Assembly: GCF_003790525.1 (NCBI RefSeq)
Contig: NZ_CP033632.1
DNA length: 64,000 nucleotides
Direction: 5' to 3' (one strand)
From: Escherichia coli
GTDB taxonomy: Bacteria; Pseudomonadota; Gammaproteobacteria; Enterobacterales; Enterobacteriaceae
Below, piece after piece: positions 1-8,026 of the stretch (position 1 is its first letter; every line of letters begins with the position of its first letter). The notes under the pieces were generated by a model, which saw nothing but the letters and a program-made list of their open reading frames with translations, did not search any database and was not told where the DNA came from. The position numbers and the translations under genes were made by a program.

Positions 1-645
1 TGTAAATAATTGTTCAAAACTCATAAACACTCCTTTGTTAAAGGGCAGGAAGCGGTAAACGTCTCTCCCTTAGTTAAGCCATCAATCACTCGATTAGTTT
101 CTGAATGGCAATCAGCGCGTTTGCAATGGCGAGCACAGCCCTGAGAACGATGATTAACAGATTCATCATCCGTTTCTCTAGGTTGATACTGGAGGAAGTC
201 ACCGTAGCTTGCTCATACATCGCCTGTCACAACGGCTCTCTCACATTGTTGGATGTAGAGTACCTTCCCTCTACCAGAGCACTGAACACAGCACCACCCG
301 TTTGTTCAGCCAGGACTTTAATTCGTTCATCCCCAGATAGCGCAGGGGTTAGAAGCAAGGGAGACACACTGTACAGCGCCAACACAAAGATTATACAGAT
401 GCATGCATAAAATTCATTTAAAGAAATTACCATTGACAGACAATCTGAAGTCAAACTAGACAACAGGTGTCTAGTGCCATAATACTATGAGTGTTGGGTG
501 TAGAGTATCTTCCTCCAGTCAGAGCCACCAACTCAAGGCTGGAAAACACAAAAAAGCCAAATTACCAGTCGGTTTTTTTTGTGCTTGTCGTTCAGCTGTA
601 CTTCCGTTTTTTCCCCCCTTCATTGAAGAAGTAGTAGGCAGAGCA

Positions 646-871
646 GGTAATGACTCCAACTTATTGATAGTGTTTTATGTTCAGATAATGCCCGATGACT
701 TTGTCATGCAGCTCCACCGATTTTGAGAACGACAGCGACTTCCGTCCCAGCCGTGCCAGGTGCTGCCTCAGATTCAGGTTATGCCGCTCAATTCGCTGCG
801 TATATCGCTTGCTGATTACGTGCAGCTTTCCCTTCAGGCGGGATTCATACAGCGGCCAGCCATCCGTCATC
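646..871 (-). mobile_element. insB: IS1 fragment (3' end of insB plus terminal IR), truncated by IS26
   Basis: ORF 661..876 translates to the InsB C-terminus (...[46 protein letters not shown]); IS1 terminal sequence ggtaatgactccaac starts at 646. Confidence 0.85.
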
Positions 872-1691
872 GGCACTGTTGCAAATAGTCGGTGGTGATA
901 AACTTATCATCCCCTTTTGCTGATGGAGCTGCACATGAACCCATTCAAAGGCCGGCATTTTCAGCGTGACATCATTCTGTGGGCCGTACGCTGGTACTGC
1001 AAATACGGCATCAGTTACCGTGAGCTGCAGGAGATGCTGGCTGAACGCGGAGTGAATGTCGATCACTCCACGATTTACCGCTGGGTTCAGCGTTATGCGC
1101 CTGAAATGGAAAAACGGCTGCGCTGGTACTGGCGTAACCCTTCCGATCTTTGCCCGTGGCACATGGATGAAACCTACGTGAAGGTCAATGGCCGCTGGGC
1201 GTATCTGTACCGGGCCGTCGACAGCCGGGGCCGCACTGTCGATTTTTATCTCTCCTCCCGTCGTAACAGCAAAGCTGCATACCGGTTTCTGGGTAAAATC
1301 CTCAACAACGTGAAGAAGTGGCAGATCCCACGATTCATCAACACGGATAAAGCGCCCGCCTATGGTCGCGCGCTTGCTCTGCTCAAACGCGAAGGCCGGT
1401 GCCCGTCTGACGTTGAACACCGACAGATTAAGTACCGGAACAACGTGATTGAATGCGATCATGGCAAACTGAAACGGATAATCAACGCCACGCTGGGATT
1501 TAAATCCATGAAGACGGCTTACGCCACCATCAAAGGTATTGAGGTGATGCGTGCACTACGCAAAGGCCAGGCCTCAGCATTTTATTATGGTGATCCCCTG
1601 GGCGAAATGCGCCTGGTAAGCAGAGTTTTTGAAATGTAAGGCCTTTGAATAAGACAAAAGGCTGCCTCATCGCTAACTTTGCAACAGTGCC
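872..1691 (+). mobile_element. IS26: IS26 copy 1 (820 bp, 14-bp terminal IRs ggcactgttgcaaa)
   Basis: Terminal IRs at both ends; contains the Tnp26 ORF. Confidence 0.97.
917..1639 (+). CDS. tnp26: IS26 transposase Tnp26, Asn184 allele (canonical start MNPFKG at 935)
   Basis: ORF translation matches Tnp26; motif RIINATLGF. Confidence 0.95.
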   Translation: MLMELHMNPFKGRHFQRDIILWAVRWYCKYGISYRELQEMLAERGVNVDHSTIYRWVQRYAPEMEKRLRWYWRNPSDLCPWHMDETYVKVNGRWAYLYRAVDSRGRTVDFYLSSRRNSKAAYRFLGKILNNVKKWQIPRFINTDKAPAYGRALALLKREGRCPSDVEHRQIKYRNNVIECDHGKLKRIINATLGFKSMKTAYATIKGIEVMRALRKGQASAFYYGDPLGEMRLVSRVFEM

Positions 1692-1706
1692 AGAAGGTGA
1701 ACACTG

Positions 1707-2291
1707 ATGCCCCGCCCCAAGCTCAAGTCCGATGACGAGGTACTCGAGGCCGCCACCGTAGTGCTGAAGCGTTGCGGTCCCATAGAGTTCACGCTCAGCG
1801 GAGTAGCAAAGGAGGTGGGGCTCTCCCGCGCAGCGTTAATCCAGCGCTTCACCAACCGCGATACGCTGCTGGTGAGGATGATGGAGCGCGGCGTCGAGCA
1901 GGTGCGGCATTACCTGAATGCGATACCGATAGGCGCAGGGCCGCAAGGGCTCTGGGAATTTTTGCAGGTGCTCGTTCGGAGCATGAACACTCGCAACGAC
2001 TTCTCGGTGAACTATCTCATCTCCTGGTACGAGCTCCAGGTGCCGGAGCTACGCACGCTTGCGATCCAGCGGAACCGCGCGGTGGTGGAGGGGATCCGCA
2101 AGCGACTGCCCCCAGGTGCTCCTGCGGCAGCTGAGTTGCTCCTGCACTCGGTCATCGCTGGCGCGACGATGCAGTGGGCCGTCGATCCGGATGGTGAGCT
2201 AGCTGATCATGTGCTGGCTCAGATCGCTGCCATCCTGTGTTTAATGTTTCCCGAACACGACGATTTCCAACTCCTCCAGGCACATGCGTAA
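1707..2291 (+). CDS. mphR(A): TetR-family repressor MphR(A), 194 aa
   Basis: Translation MPRPKLKSDDEVLEAATVVLKRCGPIEF... matches MphR(A) from memory; IS6100 lies downstream as in the usual mph(A) module. Confidence 0.85.
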   Translation: MPRPKLKSDDEVLEAATVVLKRCGPIEFTLSGVAKEVGLSRAALIQRFTNRDTLLVRMMERGVEQVRHYLNAIPIGAGPQGLWEFLQVLVRSMNTRNDFSVNYLISWYELQVPELRTLAIQRNRAVVEGIRKRLPPGAPAAAELLLHSVIAGATMQWAVDPDGELADHVLAQIAAILCLMFPEHDDFQLLQAHA

Positions 2292-2729
2292 ACGGAGGTG
2301 TGCAGAGTCCCTGCGGCAGGCGACGAACACGACCGTCGTCGATTAGTACCGGTACGGTCGGTGGTATCGAAGTCTTGATCACCACTCAGGTCTACGGCTT
2401 ACAAATGGTGACCATCCCGATACTTGCGTCAGAGCACCGGGCCGATTCTTTGACAGTGAATCACTCCCGTAAGGTTGTGCCGGTGTGGGTGTCCCGGGTC
2501 GAGACGATACTCCGCCAATGCGCCCAGCAAACAACCTGGCCATCGCAGGTGGTGGGGAGCGGTGTGGCGGATGAGTTGGACAAGTTGGTGTAGCAGCACG
2601 AGCACGGCGAGATAACATCGCAGGAGTTCGACATGCTCAAGAGACAGCTGATTGCGAATCGCGATGCAGATTCATAACCCGATTGCGGGTTGGCTTCACT
2701 CCACCATCACCGAGCAGACTAGCACGGCG

Positions 2730-3609
2730 GGCTCTGTTGCAAAGATTGGCGGCAGTCAGAGGTAGGCTGTCGCTCTGCGCCGATCAGGCGGCTGCTGCGA
2801 AATGGTGGTTGAGCATGCCCATGGCCTCCGTCAGCGCCGAGGGCCCAATGCCAAAAGCTCTCTCCACAAGGCGCACCTCGCCCCTGATGCCGGGCTGCAG
2901 GCACCAGGGGCGAGCCTGTCCTTTGCGCAGGGCTCGCATGACTTCGAATCCCTTGATCGTGGCATAGGCCGTGGGGATCGATTTGAAACCGCGCACCGGC
3001 TTGATCAGTATCTTGAGCTTTCCGTGATCGGCCTCGATCACGTTATTGAGATACTTCACCTGCCGGTGGGCCGTCTCCCGGTCCAGCTTTCCTTCGCGCT
3101 TCAATTCGGTGATCGCTGCACCATAGCTCGGCGCTTTGTCGGTATTGAGCGTGGCAGGCTTTTCCCAGTGCTTCAGGCCTCGCAGGGCCTTGCCCAGGAA
3201 CCGCTTCGCTGCCTTGGCGCTGCGGGTCGGCGACAGGTAGAAATCGATCGTGTCGCCCCGCTTGTCGACTGCCCGGTACAGGTAGGTCCACTTGCCCCGC
3301 ACCTTGACGTAGGTTTCATCCAGGCGCCAGCTCGGATCAAAGCCACGCCGCCAGAACCAGCGCAGCCGCTTCTCCATCTCCGGGGCGTAGCACTGGACCC
3401 AGCGATAGATCGTCGTATGGTCGACCGAAATGCCGCGTTCCGCCAGCATTTCCTCAAGGTCGCGATAGCTGATCGGATAGCGACAATACCAGCGCACCGC
3501 CCACAGGATCACATCACCCTGGAAATGGCGCCACTTGAAATCCGTCATCGTTCCGTCCGTCCAATCTCCGCCAAGCATGCTCAAGCTTCACGATTTTTGC
3601 AACAGAGCC
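2730..3609 (-). mobile_element. IS6100: IS6100 (880 bp)
   Basis: 14-bp IRs ggctctgttgcaaa at 2730 and, reverse-complemented, at 3596..3609; encodes an IS6-family transposase. Confidence 0.92.
2784..3548 (-). CDS. IS6100 transposase (254 aa from MTDFKWRHFQGD)
   Basis: ORF 2784..3584 translation; IS6-family DDE protein about 60 percent identical to Tnp26. Confidence 0.9.
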   Translation of the reverse strand: MTDFKWRHFQGDVILWAVRWYCRYPISYRDLEEMLAERGISVDHTTIYRWVQCYAPEMEKRLRWFWRRGFDPSWRLDETYVKVRGKWTYLYRAVDKRGDTIDFYLSPTRSAKAAKRFLGKALRGLKHWEKPATLNTDKAPSYGAAITELKREGKLDRETAHRQVKYLNNVIEADHGKLKILIKPVRGFKSIPTAYATIKGFEVMRALRKGQARPWCLQPGIRGEVRLVERAFGIGPSALTEAMGMLNHHFAAAA

Positions 3610-3636
3610 CACACGAGTATTGAGCATAGTCGAGAT
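3610..3636. other. 27-bp fragment of class 1 integron/Tn402 IRt-proximal sequence, between IS6100 and IS26
   Basis: cacacgagtattgagcatagtcgagat is the exact reverse complement of 60699..60725, just inside IRt. Confidence 0.8.
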
Positions 3637-4456
3637 GGCACTGTTGCAAAGTTAGCGATGAGGCAGCCTTTTGTCTTATTCAAAGGCCTTACATTTCAAA
3701 AACTCTGCTTACCAGGCGCATTTCGCCCAGGGGATCACCATAATAAAATGCTGAGGCCTGGCCTTTGCGTAGTGCACGCATCACCTCAATACCTTTGATG
3801 GTGGCGTAAGCCGTCTTCATGGATTTAAATCCCAGCGTGGCGTTGATTATCCGTTTCAGTTTGCCATGATCGCATTCAATCACGTTGTTCCGGTACTTAA
3901 TCTGTCGGTGTTCAACGTCAGACGGGCACCGGCCTTCGCGTTTGAGCAGAGCAAGCGCGCGACCATAGGCGGGCGCTTTATCCGTGTTGATGAATCGTGG
4001 GATCTGCCACTTCTTCACGTTGTTGAGGATTTTACCCAGAAACCGGTATGCAGCTTTGCTGTTACGACGGGAGGAGAGATAAAAATCGACAGTGCGGCCC
4101 CGGCTGTCGACGGCCCGGTACAGATACGCCCAGCGGCCATTGACCTTCACGTAGGTTTCATCCATGTGCCACGGGCAAAGATCGGAAGGGTTACGCCAGT
4201 ACCAGCGCAGCCGTTTTTCCATTTCAGGCGCATAACGCTGAACCCAGCGGTAAATCGTGGAGTGATCGACATTCACTCCGCGTTCAGCCAGCATCTCCTG
4301 CAGCTCACGGTAACTGATGCCGTATTTGCAGTACCAGCGTACGGCCCACAGAATGATGTCACGCTGAAAATGCCGGCCTTTGAATGGGTTCATGTGCAGC
4401 TCCATCAGCAAAAGGGGATGATAAGTTTATCACCACCGACTATTTGCAACAGTGCC
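3637..4456 (-). mobile_element. IS26: IS26 copy 2
   Basis: 820 bp with terminal IRs. Confidence 0.97.
3689..4411 (-). CDS. tnp26: IS26 transposase Tnp26, Asn184 allele
   Basis: ORF translation identical to copy 1. Confidence 0.95.
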   Translation of the reverse strand: MLMELHMNPFKGRHFQRDIILWAVRWYCKYGISYRELQEMLAERGVNVDHSTIYRWVQRYAPEMEKRLRWYWRNPSDLCPWHMDETYVKVNGRWAYLYRAVDSRGRTVDFYLSSRRNSKAAYRFLGKILNNVKKWQIPRFINTDKAPAYGRALALLKREGRCPSDVEHRQIKYRNNVIECDHGKLKRIINATLGFKSMKTAYATIKGIEVMRALRKGQASAFYYGDPLGEMRLVSRVFEM

Positions 4457-4517
4457 CTATAAAGAACTAAAGAAATGAAGATACAAAGATACGAATATCT
4501 GAATAAAAACAGAAAAA

Positions 4518-4637
4518 TGCGTACCCATCCACCTTTCAGTGCGTACCCATCCACCTTTCAGTGCGCAGCCATCCACCTTTCATGAAAATTACAGTGCGTA
4601 CCCATCCACCTTTCAGTGCGTACCCATCCACCTTTCA
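4518..4637. repeat. Five direct ~22-bp iterons (consensus tgcgtacccatccacctttcag) in blocks of 3 and 2
   Basis: Tandem direct repeats read directly in the sequence. Confidence 0.85.
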
Positions 4638-4806
4638 TTTTGAGGCGACAAAAAACAACACCTATCTTAATGAAATTATTGATAAAAAAACTGGCACAAT
4701 GTTTGCAGAATAAGTTAGAGTAAGTTAAAGATCTTAAAGTAGATCTACCGATCTACATTTAAGATCTTAAAAACAAGAAGTTTAATAAGCAAAAAAACAC
4801 AAAAAA

Positions 4807-4861
4807 TCTGTGGATAACTTTGCTCAAAACAAAAAATTCACACTACCTGTGGATAACTTTG
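4807..4861. promoter_or_regulatory. Two 16-bp direct repeats (ctgtggataactttgc), each containing a DnaA-box-like tgtggataa
   Basis: Repeats at 4807..4822 and 4846..4861, next to an AT-rich tract and the iterons. Confidence 0.6.
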
Positions 4862-5499
4862 CGTAAACCCAGAGGACAGATCACTCTGAACCAAGACAAC
4901 CACACATAAAAACAATATGCTCGCTTTTTAACCACTGCGCGTAATTGCCTGATGTTATCCCTGTGCTGTTCCGCTTCCTCGCTCACTAACTCGCTACACT
5001 CGGTCGTTCGGCTGCGGCGAGCGGTGTCTCCTTTCTCAAAACCAGAAGAGTTCAGATCATACGATCCGTTGATTGATCCTTTTTGGATCTTTCACTGAGA
5101 AGCCCTGAATCGCTTTCTAACGCTTTGTTCGATGTAACCATGAGGAAAACCATGTGAAATCGAAAAAATCGCTCAGAATGCGATACAGCGCGTTTTAGAG
5201 GGTATTTACAAAACAGTCGTTGCCTTGAGGAAATTTTGATCAAGATTGAACTCCTATCCGGATCATGGCAACAGATCACAGCAACAAGGCCGCTAAAAAG
5301 CGTTGAGCGGCGTTAAAAACCGTTAAACCGTAGCTGACTATAACGAAACGGGAAAAAACGCTCAGAACGCGTTACAGAGCGTTTTAAGGCGATGTCGGAA
5401 AGAGCCATACCTCACCTGTTCTGATGTTTTTCTCAACACAAGCACTTTTAAGAGTACTTTTAAAGATGCTATTATGCCAATAAGACAAGCGGAGGACTT

Positions 5500-5751
5500 A
5501 TGAGCTATCAAATTCTGACAACCACAGCGGCCAGTATTACTGACCTGAAAAAAAATCCTATGGGAACCGTAGCTGAAGGTGAAGGGGACGCTGTTGCGAT
5601 CCTGAACCGAAACGAACCGGCGTTCTATTGCGTTCCACCAAAACTTTACGCCTACTATCGGGAACTCGCTGAAGATGCTGAGTTAAACGCTGTTGCTGAT
5701 GAGCGCATGAAAAACCCGGAAATTGTGAAGGTTAACCTGGATGACCTATGA
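5500..5751 (+). CDS. Type II antitoxin (StbD/RelB-like, Phd/YefM-type), 83 aa
   Basis: Small acidic protein overlapping a RelE/ParE-like toxin gene by 11 bp. Confidence 0.65.
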   Translation: MSYQILTTTAASITDLKKNPMGTVAEGEGDAVAILNRNEPAFYCVPPKLYAYYRELAEDAELNAVADERMKNPEIVKVNLDDL

Positions 5752-6022
5752 ACTGGCTTTTGACCGCAGAGCACTGAAGGAATGGCAGAAACTCGGCCAC
5801 ACCATCCGTGAACAATTCAAAAAGAAGCTGGCAGAACGGCTGGAAAATCCACGCGTACCCGCAGCCCGGTTACATGGTCATGCTGATCGCTATAAAATCA
5901 AACTTCGTGCATCTGGCTACAGACTTGTATATCAAGTCATTGATGAGAAAGTCGTTTTACTCGTTATTGCTGTTGGAAGAAGGGAAAGCAGCGAAGTTTA
6001 TCAGATTGCAGATATGCGCTGA
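5741..6022 (+). CDS. RelE/ParE-family toxin (StbE-like), 93 aa
   Basis: Translation ...RLHGHADRYKIKLRASGYRLVYQVIDEKVVLLVIAVGRRESSEVY is typical of RelE/ParE. Confidence 0.75.
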   Translation: MTYELAFDRRALKEWQKLGHTIREQFKKKLAERLENPRVPAARLHGHADRYKIKLRASGYRLVYQVIDEKVVLLVIAVGRRESSEVYQIADMR

Positions 6023-6208
6023 ACTGAAACCCGCCCCGTAATTCGCGGCTGCAGCCGCTCAGACGCGCAGATGCTACACACCGTCACGGCGTACCGTTCG
6101 CAAGCTTACGCGCTAACTGCGAAAGGCTAATTGCGTGTTGTTAGTCCGGTAATGGGCTTTGCAGGGAGGGGGGATGTCCCTGATCTTAATTAAGCTGGTT
6201 TGTTTCCG

Positions 6209-6350
6209 GGCACTGTTGCAAAGTTAGCGATGAGGCAGCCTTTTGTCTTATTCAAAGGCCTTACATTTCAAAAACTCTGCTTACCAGGCGCATTTCGCCT
6301 AGGGGATCACCATAATAAAATGCTGAGGCCTGGCCTTTGCGTAGTGCACG
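6209..6350 (-). mobile_element. IS26: IS26 stub (142 bp of the end distal to the tnp start)
   Basis: Matches 3637..3778 with one SNP (t at 6300); homology ends abruptly at 6350. Confidence 0.85.
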
Positions 6351-6518
6351 TATAGGAAATTGAAAAACCAGTCGATACCATTGTCCACGCCTTATGCCAC
6401 GTGAGCCTTTCTGCTTTTCCCACCACTCCGGTGGTTTCCCTCTCTGTATGGTCGATTTTTATACCGTAACAGGCTGTTTTTTATACTTTCACCGATTCCC
6501 GGGCACACTTAGCCTGTG

Positions 6519-7718
6519 TCAGGCCGGCATATACCTCAGTAGACTGATATCCCGCGCGTTTTTCTTCAGCCCTGATACATTCAGCCCCGCAATGGCCCGG
6601 CGGTATACCATCCGGCAGCCACACAGCACGCATTCGAACGGGTCACGACTCAGGAACTGTTTCACCATTTGTGCATAGCACACTTTCGCCACTGGTTCCG
6701 GTTTATCCATCCCCAGTGCACGGTACACCTGCGGCAGCTTCTCTCCACACACACGGTTGGCAAGGAACCCGAAGTACCTCACCATCTTAAAAAACTTCTC
6801 CGGGATGTGCTGTTTCAGCCTCGCGACCAGCTCACGCTGTGTCAGCGTTTCCGTCGCCGTTTCTCCCGTTTTGTGGTCCAGGTAACGGAAGCTCAGGCTT
6901 GCCCCTCCGTTGTAATGAGCCAGTCGGGAAGCCGCTATTGGTGGCTTCTTCAGATAACGACCCAGGTAGCGTGCCGTATTCCGCCCTCCGGCTGTCTTCT
7001 TCGACATGTACACATGCCAGTATTTTCCGCCGGATTTCAGCACCAGGCTTCTCCACTGTGATTCCGTCGTGATATGTGACAACGACTCCGGCATTGCCAT
7101 CCCCTCTGACCACGCTTTCAGAAGCAGCTGCCGCATATTCCACATCCACCGTGAACGCATCGCGTCTTTCAGGAAGCTCAGCTTTTTCCACTGACCATGC
7201 TTATTCAGACCTCCACAGGTTACAGACACATGTACATGCGGATGCCAGTTGAGACGACGGCCATACGTGTGGATGGCGCAGAAGATACCGGGTTCCAGCC
7301 CCCGTTTTCGGGCGGCATACAGCAGATTCTCCACCGCCAGACGGCACACGTCATTCAGCAGCCAGCGGTTGCTTTCGAACACCGGCCACAGCGTGTCCGG
7401 CAGGGTGAAGACCAGATGTACCCAGTCGCAGTCAGGAAGACGATTCAGCTGTGTTGCTGTCCACAGGTCTGTGGCCTTCTTTCCGCAGGACGGGCAGGCA
7501 CGGCTGCCGCATGAGTTGGTCAGGTACTTTACGTGCTGACAGTCCGGGTTATCACACCCGAACTCTTTTACACCCAGTATCCGTGTGCCGCAGGCCAGCA
7601 TTTTGGTGACGGCTTCAACCTCGATATCGCGCAGACCGCCCGCATCCAGGAAGGACGTCCAGCACTGGTTGGCTGTGAACAGACGTTTCAGAGGGCGGGG
7701 AGTAAAACCGGACAACAT
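6519..7718 (-). CDS. IS91-family (HUH rolling-circle) transposase, 399 aa
   Basis: N-terminal Cys cluster CDNPDCQHVKYLTNSCGSRACPSCGKK and IS91-like body, recalled not searched. Confidence 0.65.
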   Translation of the reverse strand: MLSGFTPRPLKRLFTANQCWTSFLDAGGLRDIEVEAVTKMLACGTRILGVKEFGCDNPDCQHVKYLTNSCGSRACPSCGKKATDLWTATQLNRLPDCDWVHLVFTLPDTLWPVFESNRWLLNDVCRLAVENLLYAARKRGLEPGIFCAIHTYGRRLNWHPHVHVSVTCGGLNKHGQWKKLSFLKDAMRSRWMWNMRQLLLKAWSEGMAMPESLSHITTESQWRSLVLKSGGKYWHVYMSKKTAGGRNTARYLGRYLKKPPIAASRLAHYNGGASLSFRYLDHKTGETATETLTQRELVARLKQHIPEKFFKMVRYFGFLANRVCGEKLPQVYRALGMDKPEPVAKVCYAQMVKQFLSRDPFECVLCGCRMVYRRAIAGLNVSGLKKNARDISLLRYMPA

Positions 7719-7727
7719 GAGGATGGA

Positions 7728-7916
7728 TTAAACCCCGGTATCCTGTAGCAGGGTAAGGGCTGCTGTATCGCCACGGCGCTTCAGGATGGAGGTCGTCACC
7801 ATCGCAGGTGGTGGGTCCATGGGTTTGAGCATTTTCATCCAGTCCCATTCTCGTTGTGAGAGCTTCTCAGCACCAACAGAGAGCAGAACTGTATCGATAC
7901 TTTTGCGGGTCAACAT
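7728..7916 (-). CDS. Small ORF upstream of the IS91-family transposase, 62 aa
   Basis: Same strand, 9 bp upstream of the transposase gene; IS91-like elements often carry a small upstream ORF. Confidence 0.3.
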   Translation of the reverse strand: MLTRKSIDTVLLSVGAEKLSQREWDWMKMLKPMDPPPAMVTTSILKRRGDTAALTLLQDTGV

Positions 7917-8026
7917 AAGGGGATGAGTCCTTAATAAAACAGGTCCTCAGAGCATACATATTCTGCGGGGCGTGCGGCAACAACAGGACGAACCGGGGCG
8001 GTTTTCAATTTGCAGCCGCCAGGCTG

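Noticed and set aside
105-463. ORFs 105..410 (+) and 227..463 (-) at the window start
   Set aside because: Mutually overlapping, no recognisable domains or ribosome-binding sites; the sequence may belong to a gene that begins outside the window, so no call was made.
845-1462. Long ORFs antisense to every IS26 transposase gene (also 3866..4462, 10488..11123, 16490..17149, 24021..24623, 27338..27946)
   Set aside because: Identical in every IS26 copy and fully contained within the Tnp26 gene on the opposite strand; the known IS26 product is Tnp26, so these are antisense artefacts.
2237-2618. ORFs downstream of mphR(A) (2237..2593, 2379..2618) and across IS6100 on the + strand (2802..3623)
   Set aside because: They lie in the spacer between mphR(A) and IS6100 or antisense to the IS6100 transposase; no support beyond ORF length.
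4518-4637. Whether the 22-bp tandem repeats are a CRISPR array
   Set aside because: The repeats are directly adjacent or separated by irregular short gaps, with no uniform spacers and no cas genes nearby; this is the iteron pattern of a plasmid origin.
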